Below are positions 52,701-64,000 of a DNA stretch of 64,000 nt, one piece after another. Both the position numbers and the translations under genes were made by a program. Position 1 is the first letter of the stretch, and each line of letters begins with the position of its first letter. This DNA comes from Ruditapes philippinarum. Taxonomy: Eukaryota. The notes beneath the pieces are model-generated. The model did no database searches. It saw only the letters and a list, made by a program, of their open reading frames with translations, and had not been told where the DNA came from. The DNA is taken from contig NW_026860156.1 of assembly GCF_026571515.1 (NCBI RefSeq), positions 62,001 to 126,000 on the forward strand, read 5' to 3'.

Positions 52701-55700
52701 TCTCTATAAATATGTAAGGTAGAGATTTTATACAAAAATGTTTAGACCCCCTGTAAGTTGAACTATTAGAGATAATTGTTAGAGTCATAATCACTGCCAT
52801 ATAAATGCTATAATTCAACTTTTATCATCTTTAGTCCCTATATGTCAAGGGTGTAGGTAAAATTTATCTCGTTTTGAAAGAGATATTTTTAAGAGATAAG
52901 TTTATGTTTGGTTTAATACCTGAACTGATTGGGAAAATCAAAGGACAGCTGCAATTTACACATATTTGAAGAAAAGTCAAATGATCTTGGTATACTTATG
53001 CAAATACTGTAGTAAATAGGGATTTGGAACACAGAAATTACCGCAAGGCAGCTGAACATTATGTATGGCTAGAAAATACTTGTAAAAATAAAAAAAATAA
53101 AAATCTCTTATTATCTTAATTATGTAATGATGTATCTGCTTAGTAAAAATTATTTTTTCTGCCTTATGGTCTTAAGTCAATTCTGTACTTAACAGCTTTA
53201 AGTTTTCTATTTTGAATGTAATTGACTGTAGTATAACTTTAAAAAAATACATCAAAAATATTTTAGACTTTCCATATCTTTTGAATGAATGAAATTAGAG
53301 TGCTTTAGATGATAGGAATTGATATAACTAATTTATTGGTATGCAATTTCAGTAAAAATAAAAATGAACAGTTTTACTCACAAATTAACCTGCAGCTACC
53401 AGAATTAACCCGCAGACGGACATAATTATGTACCTTTGTGCAATCTGACTAATTTTCAGATCTACTTAATTATTTCTTGCATGTACATCTGATTCAAAAT
53501 TGTGAAAGCTCGATAATCATTGGCTTTTTGAAAGGTCACACAAAGGTGACCTCCTATTGGTGCCTGTCAGATCCTAATGCATAGCATTAATTAGAAGCTT
53601 TTTACCTTTGTGCAATTTAACACAAAGTTTTTTTTCTTTTTGCTGTTTAATTTTAGCATTTTAATATCGAAGATATCAGTTCAAAATTCAAGTATGTCTA
53701 GTCTGTTTCACACATTTACCTACATGGTAAAAGTTAATATAGAAATTGTTTCATGGTCTATTAGATATTGATTGTGTACCTATGAAGAACTGAGGTAAAG
53801 CAAACACTGGCATTGATTTTAGCAGGGTTATGTACAAGGAACCTAACTAATTACCACCTTTAATAATTAAACATTCATGAAATCTCCTGGTCATAATCTT
53901 CATCTATTGCTGTAAAATACTAGAAAATCAAGGGAACACATTTTACAGAGACTTCAGACTTGTTGCTTACTGAAAATAGACCATTGATTCACCAATTAAT
54001 CCTTGCCATGCTAAATCTGTTGAATGGACTTGCACATTTTTCAATCTGGACAAAACCATCAGTTTAAGGGAAAATTTCAAAATATATCTTGGATGAATGT
54101 CACAGATGTACTGGCTAATCTTGCTATGCACATGTTGCATGGGTAAACTAAGTTTCCAGTAAAACTTTTCCAAGTAGATTATGATAATTATCATTATTCA
54201 AAATCTAGAAAGTCTTAATCTTTACTAATATTGATTATATGATTTTTGCTAGTTGATCTAACAGTTGAGATTGTTTCATTTTCAATGCTTGGAAAACCTT
54301 TTGTGAAAACTCGGGCTCAACAAATTTCATCCCTTTACAGTATTATAAGTGGCTAGGATTCTTCATCACCTTTGGGTCTTTAAGAATTTCATGGTTGGTG
54401 TAATAGAATTCCTTTGTCATATTTAATGTCTTGTTTTTACTGATTTCATCAGATGAAAAAAGCAACAGTGCAAGAGTGAGGGGAAAATTTAATCTTTACC
54501 ATCTCTCTATATGATAAAGTCTAAGAGTATCTTCTTGTTCTGTTGCTCTTTTTCTAGGAAAAATATCTTTATTGCAGAAAATTTAACCTGAAGAAATACA
54601 AGGATTAATGAGTTCTGATTTCTTTTATTTTCTTTCTTGCCTTTCTTTTTGCTGGTGATTCATGAGGAAATGGAAAGGATGTGATAGAAACCTTTTTTTG
54701 ATTGGATGTTATAAATTTTGTTTGAAAGTTTCTGAAAATTTAAAGAATAGAAATTTTTTTTAGGAACATACATTTTGCAAGGACATTCCATATAAAGGAA
54801 GTGGTTTTATACTTTGATGTTAAATGGAAGCATTTACAGGAAGATATTCCTAGTTCGAAGTCTGTTAATATGAGATTCTTGTAAAAAATGTTCGATTAAT
54901 TTAAACATTTTTTTTTTTTAAGAATTTATTAAAGCTTCAAATAATAAATGTTGCATCTGAATATTAATTACAGGTTGATTGCAATTATTAATGTTACCAG
55001 TACTTTGAATAACTGTTAAATTAATGCATTGAACCCAGGAAGAGAGACATTTGAGAAAACTGACACCTTTTACAATGGATTAAAAATAATGAAACCTGAG
55101 TACTTCCTCCACCAGTAAACTGGAAAGTTGCCATATGACATAAACAATGTATGTATTAAAAAGAAAAAAACAAGAAACTGCTTAAAATTGATGCAAACCT
55201 TAGGTACCAAATGACATAGTCTAATGTAGTACTTGATTACTAATAAAAATGTAGTTTGTATTGAGGTGAATAAATCAGGCTGCCTCAGATCATTAAATGT
55301 CATAAATTGCAACATTGGCATTGTCCCAAAACATTTTATATATAGATAATTGGTTCTATTTCAATTTATATATGTAGGTGTCCAATGTATTGAAAATCGA
55401 AACATTATTTTTGATAGTATCATAATTATAATCTACTTGGTATTGGGAGAATTAAGTCAAAATAAAAATATTGAATTTTGTCACAAAAAATCAAGTGGTT
55501 TCAATTTAAGTTTAAGTTAGACAGTCACTTTGGATATATGTCTTGTTTCGACTGAATGAAAATTGTGCTGATAAATGGACATGAAAGTGCGAAGTTGCAG
55601 AAATTCTGATATTTGATCATTATGATATTGGAATTAGCTGTAAATATTTATTTATTGTTGGACATCCCACTGTGGACATTATAGAAATTCTATAAGTCTG

Positions 55701-56094
55701 TTTGCTTATATTTGATATTCTTACTAAAGTTAAAAGTCAATTTTTGCTTTAAATCCCAGTGCTAGTATAGTACTTTTGTTTGTGTTTGTTCATTTGTTAG
55801 TTTCATGGATTTTCATTCATCCAGGCATCATGTGTACTGTGTAGCATTTTGGTTAGGATACAGTATTGACATAGGCTGAATATACAAACATATCTTATAT
55901 TTGGACCTCTAGGCAATTTGGACTAATTAGGAATACTATATTAACAAAGGTAGAAATTAGAAATGCTACTGAAATATTGATAAGGATTTACTTGATCACT
56001 TACCTGATCCATTGATTGAAGAAATTGTAATGTCAGTCAGAAGGGAATTCTTTAGTTTGATTAATAATAATGAGTTTGTTATGAAGTTGTTTAA

Positions 56095-58652
56095 TGGTAT
56101 AGTCTGATTTTATTGACCTGTCAATTATGAATACATTATAGCACTCATTTACATATTCGATCCCACTTCGGTTTTTTCCGTTTATTTTACGAGAATTAAT
56201 ATGGGGTGTATCACTTACGTTTGGAAAACTCTCACTAGATTAATGTAGGTTCTTGTAACATCCGCAATAGCACAGTCGGTTAAGTGATTACCTAATGCAT
56301 GAGGGGTCCGAGGTTCGATCCCCTTTTTAGCTCACCTGTCAAAGTGACAGGGTGAGCTTTTGTGATCGCTTTTCGTCCGGCGTCCGTCCGTCCGGCGTCC
56401 CGTATCCGTCGTCCGTAAACTTTTACTTTTAAACGACATCTCCTCATATAACCGCTGAGCCAATTTCATCCAAACTTCACAGGAATGTTCCTTGGTGGTG
56501 TCACCTTAAAAAATTGTTCAAAGAATTTAATTCCATGCAGAACTCTGGTTGCCATGGCAACCGAAAGAAAAAACTTTAAAATATCTTCTTTTAAAAAACC
56601 ATAAAGAGCTAGAGCTTAGAGATATTTGGCATGTGAAACATCTTCTAGTGAGTGTCTACCAAGTTTGTTCAAATAAAAGCCCTGGGGTCAAAATTGGCCC
56701 TGCCCCAGGGGGTCATTGGTTTTCCCTATATGCATATAGTAAAAACTTAAAAAAATCTTCTTTTAAAGAACCCCAAAGAGCTAGAGCTAAGATATTTAGC
56801 ATGAAACATGTTCTCATGTGTGTCATACCAAGTTTGTTCAAATAAAAGCCCTGGGGTCAAAATTGGCCCCGCCCCGGGGGGTCATTGATTTTCCTATATG
56901 CATAGAGTAAAAACTTAAAAAATCTTCTTTTAAAGAACTCAAAGAGCCTATGGCTAAGTTATTGAGCATCAAAACATGTTCTAATATGTGTCTACCAAGT
57001 TTGTTCAAATAAAAGCCCTGGGGTCAAAATTGGCCCCGCCCCAGGGGGTCATTGATTTTCCCTATAATGCATATAAGTAAAAACTTAAAAAAAATCTTGT
57101 TTTAAAAGAACCAAAAGAGTTTAGAGCTAAAATATTTAGCATGAAAACATGTTCTAATAAGTGTCTACCAAGTTTGTTCCAATAAAAGCCCTGGGGTCAA
57201 AATTGGCCCCGCCCCGGGGGGTCATTGATTTTCCCTATATGCATAGAGTAAAACTTAAAAAAATCTTCTTTTAAAGAACCAAAAAGAGCTAGAGCTAAGA
57301 TATTTAGCATCAAACATGTTCTTATGGGTGTCTACCAAGTTTGTTCAAATAAAAGCCCTGGGGTCAAAATATTGGCCCCGCCCCGGGGGGTCATTGATTT
57401 TCCCTTATATGCATATAGTAAAAAGTTAAAAAATCTTCTTTTAAAGAACTCAAAGAGCTATGGCTAAGATATTCAGCATCAAACATGTTCTAATAGGTGT
57501 CTTACCAAGTTTGTTCAAATAAAAGCCCTGGGGTCAAAATTGGCCCCGCCCCGGGGGGTCATTGATTTTCCCTATATGCATGATTGTAAAAACTTAAAAA
57601 AATCTTCTTTTAAAGAACTCAAAGAGCTATGGCTAAGATATTTAGCATCAAACATGTTCTAATAGGTGTCTACAAAGTTTGTTCAAATAAAAGACCTGGG
57701 GGTCAAAAATTGGCCCCGCCCGGGGGTCATTGATTTTCTTTATATGTGTTATAGCAAAAACTTGAAATCTTCTTTGAAAAAACCCAAATAGCTAGAGTTT
57801 AGATATTAAGCAAGAAACATCTTCTAGTAAGTGTCTACCAAGTTTGTTCAAATAAACAGCCCTGGGTCAAAACTGGCCCGGCCCCAGGGGTGTCATTGTT
57901 TTTAACTATATGTGTATAGTAAAAACTTTAAAAAAATCTTCTTTTTAAAAAGCCCCAATGAGCTAGAGCTTAGATGTTTAGCATGAAAACATCTTCTTAT
58001 GGGTGTCTACCAAGTTTGTGCAAATAAAAAGCCCTTGGGTTAAATTGGCCCGGCAACGTTGGGGGGGGTGGGTGGGGGGGCCTATATACAGGTGAGCGAC
58101 TTCAGGGCCATCATGGGCCCTCTTGTTTGATATTGTTTTTTAGACTTATTCTTTCTTATTTTTAAGTATATTTTAATGAAAATGGTCAAGCGCTTGCAAT
58201 TTGTCTACACGGATATGAACCAACTAAGAAACACTGAATTGTCACATTTTATATTGTATAATTAACTTTATTGATTTTAATCGGAATGAATTTTCAGTAT
58301 TAATTCTTGTTATATACAAATGTATAGTGTTTACAAATGGTGCAAAACATACTAAAAATGGAACCAATCATATCTTAAAAAACATGTAGAAAATAGTTAT
58401 GAAAAAAAATACTGGACATACTCTGTCTCGATCCTACAACACGTTGAACATTCAGTAAAATATACCAGTGGTTTACCCTATTGCACTATAACGGTCAGTG
58501 TAACTAATTCAAAATAACAAGATGAATTTAATCACATCTTACTGCGCACATCTCACGGAATTTACCGAACATTTATCGAATATTAATATATTCTGTGCAT
58601 TGACCGTATAATCAGTATGGAATTGACAGGTTAATAAAATCAAACAATACCA
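56095..58652. mobile_element. Non-autonomous TIR DNA transposon (TTAA/TCAA flanks) hosting a nested Helentron-like element
   Basis: Left tggtatagtctgattttattgacctgtcaatt vs reverse complement of right end tggtattgtttgattttattaacctgtcaatt; similarity continues with atattcgat...ttcggt...ttccg. Confidence 0.65.
56324..58127 (+). mobile_element. Non-autonomous Helentron/pearl (HINE)-like element, copy 2 of the 27055-28817 family, 9 units of about 168 bp
   Basis: Same 5' and 3' modules, (gtcc)n tract and repeat unit as copy 1. Confidence 0.9.
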
Positions 58653-59284
58653 TCAAAAAGAATAATTTCTTGTGCTATTTTCATGGTGTTAAATTGAGTT
58701 TCTAAGCATAAAATAGTCATATGGTCAGAATTTCACATGCGGGTTATTTTGTTCGGGCTTTGGGTTTTTTGTTTTAAAAATTTCAGTTTTTTTTTTGTAT
58801 AACATTTTAAAATAAATCTTTTAAAATTTCAGGGTCACTTTTTTTATCTTTTTTTTAAAGGCCCCTTTAAAACATATTAGAAATGGAAAAAATATTTTTG
58901 GGCTGGTTTCCCCCTTTATTTTTTCCAAATTTAACAGTTTTCCCCCTCCTCTTTTTCCCTTTTCCCTTCACTCTTAACTTTCCTGTAAAAAAGAGGTTTC
59001 AGTTAAAAAAATTTTTCTTTAATACTGAATTTTTTTTATTTGCCCTCATTTTGGGGGGAAAACCTTAGATTTTAAAAATTTGATGAAGTGGTCAGTTTTA
59101 CTGATCTTTTATCTAAATATACCAGAAAGTTTACTTACTTGTTTGACACTAATTACCTCATATAGTAAAGTTTAGAGTTAATTTAGGTTTCATTTGACAG
59201 ATTTATTAAAAATCATATTTTGGTATTATATTGGTTTGGGAAACAACATGTAAATGAATGGAGAGGGATACAAATTGTTGTATT

Positions 59285-59560
59285 CCCTTTGTGGCTGAGG
59301 GGTTGCCTTTAATGGTTGAGGCCTATGAATTGCAAATTGCAGCCACTGTTTATCCCTGCATGGACTTAAAAGGCAACTAAATTGGTTTGAATTACTGGAG
59401 TCTATGCATTTATGTTAGCTTCCACAGGTGAGGTGGTTTTGACCGCTGGAGTTGCTTTAAGTTTGTAACACCCAAGGTTAGCCAAAATCATCTTTCCTGT
59501 TTCAGCGCCACATGACCTAAATTGTGTTGGTGCACTGTAAAACCAAACCAAATAACAATC
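59285..59560 (+). mobile_element. Degenerate SINE relic
   Basis: tRNA-like head ctttgtggctgagggg and tail tgcactgtaaaaccaaaccaaat. Confidence 0.35.
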
Positions 59561-60252
59561 AAAATAAATTATTGTATCAGCGGATAACAATGCTGCAGGA
59601 TAAAGAAACAAATTGTAACAGGTTTTAAAAAAAAAATCTTATTTTTTTAGTGCCATCTTGGATGAAATAATACGCTGAATAATAAGAAACGGGCTTGGTT
59701 TCTATAAAAAAATGTGTTTCTTTTATGATATAAGTGAAGAAAATAAGACATTGCAAGCTTTTATGGTTATTGTACCTGTTGGGCTATATAATAAGGATAA
59801 TTAACCTTTATTCAGTAGTACTCATTTATATTACCTTACCTGCATTCCAAAATGATGAATTAAGCATTTCATGCACAATCATTGAATGGCACTCATCCCT
59901 AAATTGAGTCAGAACAATTGAATTGATAAAGCCAGTGGTTCATCAGCATAACTGCTGGATAGATTGTTAGATAAGCATTTTACTGAAGACAGGAATATTT
60001 TACTGTTTTAGAAATCTTCTTCATTTTCCTAAATTTGAATACAAAATGATGCCATTATTTTTTAAACGTAAAGGTAAGATTTTCTAGCAATTATGTAATT
60101 GATTTACATTATATCAATAAGTCTATGTCTTTCAGATTTTTTATTTTTTACTAATTTACTAATTTATGACCTAAGTTAATGATATAACTTATTTCTTTGA
60201 TCATTCAATCTCATTTAGAAATTTACCATCATAAATCTGTGGTATTTAATAA

Positions 60253-60253
<1 letters not shown>

Positions 60254-60285
<32 letters not shown>
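60254..60285. repeat. Poly(T) tract, about 31 nt
   Basis: Direct observation. Confidence 0.9.
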
Positions 60286-60289
<4 letters not shown>

Positions 60290-61059
60290 AAGTTGCTGCT
60301 GAGTAATGGTAAAACTTAAGTTTTTTGCAGGCATAGGAAATTATTCACACATGTATTTATATATTTAACTGGAGATGAAATTTCTCGTGTTTAAAATGGT
60401 AGAAAAATTTTAGCATTCAGGAGGTATACTGAATTTTAAAAGGTTTTCAATAGGTGGCTTTTTAAAGTATCAATATTATTTTGAAAACATGAGATATTTT
60501 ATTGATATTTTTAATTTCATTCATAGTTTTGGCAAAGTGAAAAGTTTGATAAATGAAGCTTCAATAAACTTTATATATAAAAGTTTATGAAAATATAAAA
60601 GTTTTCCGATTTATGAAAAAAATCTTGCCATATTGTAAAAGTAAGAAGTTAACTGAAGTATTGGTAAAATAAAGGTCTGTATTTAAGCCTTGGTTGTCAC
60701 TGCGGTTTGTCTGATGGAATGTGGGTAAGTGCTCAAGAATCATTTATAATAGCGGGAAAATTTTAAGCTATTATGTAAGTTGGACTTAAAACCCAGACAT
60801 ATAAATAAAGAAAGTTATTCATGTAATTGATGGAGAAGAATAAGTATCTATAGAAGATACATCAATGAATGCATGCTTGATTAAGAAAGCACCAAAATCT
60901 GTATGCTACATGATGATTGTTTGATCAAATTGTATAATGAAAAATTGTTGCTGGCTTGCCAACATATCTCTATATTTTATTACTTAAGGCCAGCAACAAG
61001 CTGAATCTTTTACACATAGTTTTTCCTTTCCTTTGATTAGAGTTTTTATTTTCCCATAT

Positions 61060-61378
61060 ATTTACATGATTTAAGATTTTATGCAGTAAATGGATATTCG
61101 GTGGTGGTAGTTTTCACTCCGGATCATGGCAGTATACAGCCACATTGAATTAACCAGAGCCACGGCATCGTTCTTGGGCCTGCTGTACCAGTTGCCTTCA
61201 CTTTCACAAGAAACTGGTTACTTCTGTACATGCAAGAGCAGAGGTACTGTACTACAAATGACTGTAGAAAGGATTTCATGATCAATCACAACAAAAGTAC
61301 CCTGCACCGTCTGGGAATCAAACCCAGGTCACCTGATTCACAGTCAAACACTGTACCTATTTAGCTAAGTGAACGGCA
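61060..61378 (-). mobile_element. tRNA-derived SINE relic on the minus strand
   Basis: Reverse complement head gccgttcacttagctaaatagg...ctgggtttgattcccag has A- and B-box-like motifs. Confidence 0.5.
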
Positions 61379-62345
61379 TGCTTTACTTTTGAAATCTTTC
61401 ATATTATATATTTGAATTTGAAAAACATGCAGTGTTGAACTTTTAACAGGATGAATTATTCACAGACAGAAATATTTAACATTCTTTCTTTTGATTTCAA
61501 TATCACATTTGTTCATAAACCCACCTATACAAGCTTCTTATGTAAATGTTGTTATGTTTGTTGACAAATACCAAATAAAAAGGCATAATGCCAAAGAGAA
61601 GTTTTTATCTGAAGCAATATAAATGACTGCTCCTTTCACTATATTTGTAGATATAGGACCTATAGTCAGCTGTATTTCTGTGTAGATTGCTTTAACATTG
61701 ATCTGTAGAGTGAATCTAAATCAGTGAAATGTAATTGAAGGGTTAACCTGTGTCAGTCAAAATTTAAATGGATAAATAGGTTCAAAGTGGTTCTTCTCAA
61801 ATAAGATTTTTTTTTTATAATTGGACGATCACCATCTATTATAATATAAATTGATTTGAATTTATATTTTTTTAAAATATCAGCTGTTTGTAAAAGGAAT
61901 AAGGCAGTATTTTGGATTTGTAAGCTTTCTTTTTTGTATATGGGAATTATGGTTTTGGATTGAATATTACATTAGAAGTTTTGCAGTGGATTAAAAGTGA
62001 TTTTCATGGTTAGTGAGTTATCAAGTGTAGATTTAATGTATAGTTTACATTATGTTTTAAGCAGTATTTATTGTATGATGATGAGCTAATCTTATTGAAG
62101 GATGTACAAATTGAAATTATATGTCATGTAATGGGGGTGAAAAATTAAAGGTCTTACAAAATGCTTTATGTTTGCATTTGGTAAAGATACTAAGCATTTT
62201 GCACTGATCTCTAAGGTGTTGAATATCATTTCTTAACCACTGATCCTTGGTAAAGAAGAATTTAATGGTGAATAAACTATTTAAATGAAATAGCTAGATA
62301 CTGGAGTTTGTAAGGTAATTGTTTGAATGGACTTTGGAAAACAAA

Positions 62346-62571
62346 ATGATGAAAATGAAGCCAGACTTGAAACTGACCTATTCAGGCAGTGATAGTAGTG
62401 AAGAAATTAGTGAAGAAATTAGTGAAGAGATAAGTGAAGAAATTAGTGAAGAAATTAGTGATGCATTAAGTGATGATAATGATAATATAAGAGACATTGT
62501 TGATAATAGGAGAACAGCTGATGTAAATGGAAATACTAAACCAATGTATGATGTTGTTAGAAAAATGAGAG
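62346..62571 (+). CDS. Putative alternative first coding exon D (or cassette exon 62386-62571): acidic, (SEEI)x5
   Basis: caaaATG start; 75 codons + 1 nt; donor G|gtgagt; phase 1 matches the acceptor at 63262; the 12-bp repeat preserves frame. Confidence 0.6.
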
Positions 62572-63261
62572 GTGAGTATTTAATCATTGGTGATCGCTAA
62601 GTTCTTGAAAGCCTTTTGAGCTAATTATTAACTTGATGTAGGTGATTTCACTGTCAGTTATGGGGACTTGACTGAAATGAGGTATTTGTTGTCTAATGTC
62701 TTGTTACTAAGACATTAATTGTTGTCTTATAATTTTGTTATTTGATGGTATATACAAATAGATGTGTTACTGGTTTTCATAATTCATTTAGATTATCATA
62801 TAACATTACACTTATTACATGCTTTTCATCATCAAAATAATTTTTTCACAGTAGCCAAACTTAAATTTTAGATGCAGAAGAAAAAAGCAAAGATTTTTTT
62901 GTAAATATTACAGAATTATTCTTAAGCATGAACACATTATGTCATGAAGGAAAGCAACATTATGTGGCAAAATACTTCAAAATGCCTGAAAACCATAAAA
63001 AATGCATGGAATGAATAGAAAATTAGTTTGTTTTGCATGCTAAAAAAATCACATATATTTCACTGGTGGACACCAACTGTAATATTTTCACTTGTGCCTT
63101 CACCACTTGCGAGAATATTGTATTAGGTTTTCTCTCTTTGAAATATTTTTCGATCTTAACTGCAAAACAAACAAAATTTTGCTTTTTTTAACTCAAGGGA
63201 GGTAACTCAAATTCTCTTAGCAATGATTTTATATCAGTTCTCTCCCTTTGTCTATTTTCAG

Positions 63262-63335
63262 AGCACCACAAACAACACCAAGACAAGTTGGAAGAGATAA
63301 CTGGTAGATTTGACAGCATTAAACACTCACTCTCG
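63262..63335 (+). CDS. MTUS1: Coiled-coil coding exon (EHHKQHQDKLEEITGRFDSIKHSLS), phase 1 to 0
   Basis: Acceptor ctttgtctattttcag, donor TCG|gtaagt. Confidence 0.8.
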
Positions 63336-63629
63336 GTAAGTTGCTCATTATAAAAATTAATTCTTTTAACTGTTCTCACTTACTATGTCTGACACATTAA
63401 ACTTGAAATATTTATAAAGAGTGAGCGCAAAGCTCAGTTGAAATTTTAGGTTTAGATAATGAATAGGTTTGGCCTAACAGAGCTAGTCTATATAATGTTT
63501 CTTTATTTTCATTATTGTCTTTGTTCTTTCATGCTTTCCACTGTTAAGATTCACATGTCTTATTTAGATTAACATTCTTGGATATTTATAATTTAAAAAG
63601 TAGAACTATGTACATTACAAATGACAAAT

Positions 63630-63864
63630 GAGCCGCGTCACGACAAAACCAACATAGTTGGTTTGCGACCAGCATGAATCCAGACCAGCCTGCGCATCCT
63701 TGCAGTCTGATCAGGATCCATGCTGTTTGCTATCAGTTTCTGTACTTGTAATAGGGTTTGAAAGTGAACAGCATGGATCCTGATCAGACTGCGCGGATAC
63801 GCAGCCTGGTCTGGATCCATGCTGGTCGCAAACGCACTATGTTGATTTTGTCATGACACGACTC
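63630..63864. mobile_element. Foldback MITE, longer copy (GAG...CTC termini, AAAT target-site duplication)
   Basis: About 100-bp inverted arms; aaat at 63626-63629 and 63865-63868; same family as 5470-5650. Confidence 0.9.
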
Positions 63865-63879
63865 AAATAACAATTACAG

Positions 63880-63978
63880 GAGAAGGTAGAGACATTACGC
63901 AGTGAATGTGATAGATTACGAGACAGAGCACGGTCGTGTGAGGAAGCCTTACAAAGAGATTCAGACTTTAAAGTTCAG
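63880..63978 (+). CDS. MTUS1: Coiled-coil coding exon (EKVETLRSECDRLRDRARSCEEALQRDSDFKVQ), phase 0 to 0
   Basis: Acceptor attacag, donor CAG|gtaaaa; heptad pattern; phase fits the previous exon. Confidence 0.8.
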
Positions 63979-64000
63979 GTAAAATTTATACGGTTTCATC

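Larger units (their letters stand above)
1108..63978 (+). other. MTUS1: Gene locus (partial, both ends outside window): MTUS1/MTUS2-family microtubule-associated coiled-coil protein with multiple isoforms
   Basis: Eleven GT-AG exons join in consistent phase without stops (about 2492 nt). Long basic Ser/Pro-rich disordered N-terminal region, then coiled coil containing EVQRLEALCESRTKQL..LQLQ...AFDGMSCIVNYL..LDGFS.P, which I recognise from memory as invertebrate MTUS/toucan-like; not verified by a search. Confidence 0.75.

Noticed and set aside
54453-54475. Possible small exon catcag|ATGAAAAAAGCAACAGTGCAAGA|gtgagg
   Set aside because: It would end in phase 0, while the next acceptor at 63262 needs phase 1.
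56261-56323. Functional tRNA gene
   Set aside because: A/B-box-like motifs are present, but no convincing acceptor stem or cloverleaf; it lies within a TIR element.

Overview
AT-rich eukaryotic (metazoan) genomic DNA. The repeat families (Helentron/pearl-type elements with internal satellite arrays, foldback MITEs, tRNA-derived SINE relics) suggest a bivalve mollusc; this is an inference. The whole window lies inside one large + strand, intron-rich gene, incomplete at both ends, encoding an MTUS1/MTUS2 (ATIP/TIP150, Drosophila toucan, CCDC69)-family microtubule-associated coiled-coil protein. I could join 11 GT-AG exons with compatible phases and no stops (1108-1192, 4622-4715, 6552-7713, 8700-8788, 9614-9701, 10624-10800, 43472-43692, 46399-46639 or 46684-46924, 49341-49502, 63262-63335, 63880-63978; about 830 codons). 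The most notable structures are: (i) four putative alternative first coding exons inside introns, all ending in phase 1 and giving different N-termini (hydrophobic anchor, R/D-rich with RVxF motif, MG-start, acidic SEEI repeat); (ii) two tandem-duplicated 241-nt exons separated by only 44 nt, probably mutually exclusive, with an in-frame read-through option; (iii) tau-like and SxIP motifs in the long N-terminal exon; (iv) a transposon-borne satellite that is a dense array of consensus nuclear-receptor elements; (v) a TIR element with two convergent tRNA-like cassettes and a nested Helentron-like insertion. No prokaryotic features, CRISPR arrays, rRNA or bona fide tRNA genes were seen. Most short ORFs in the track are spurious.
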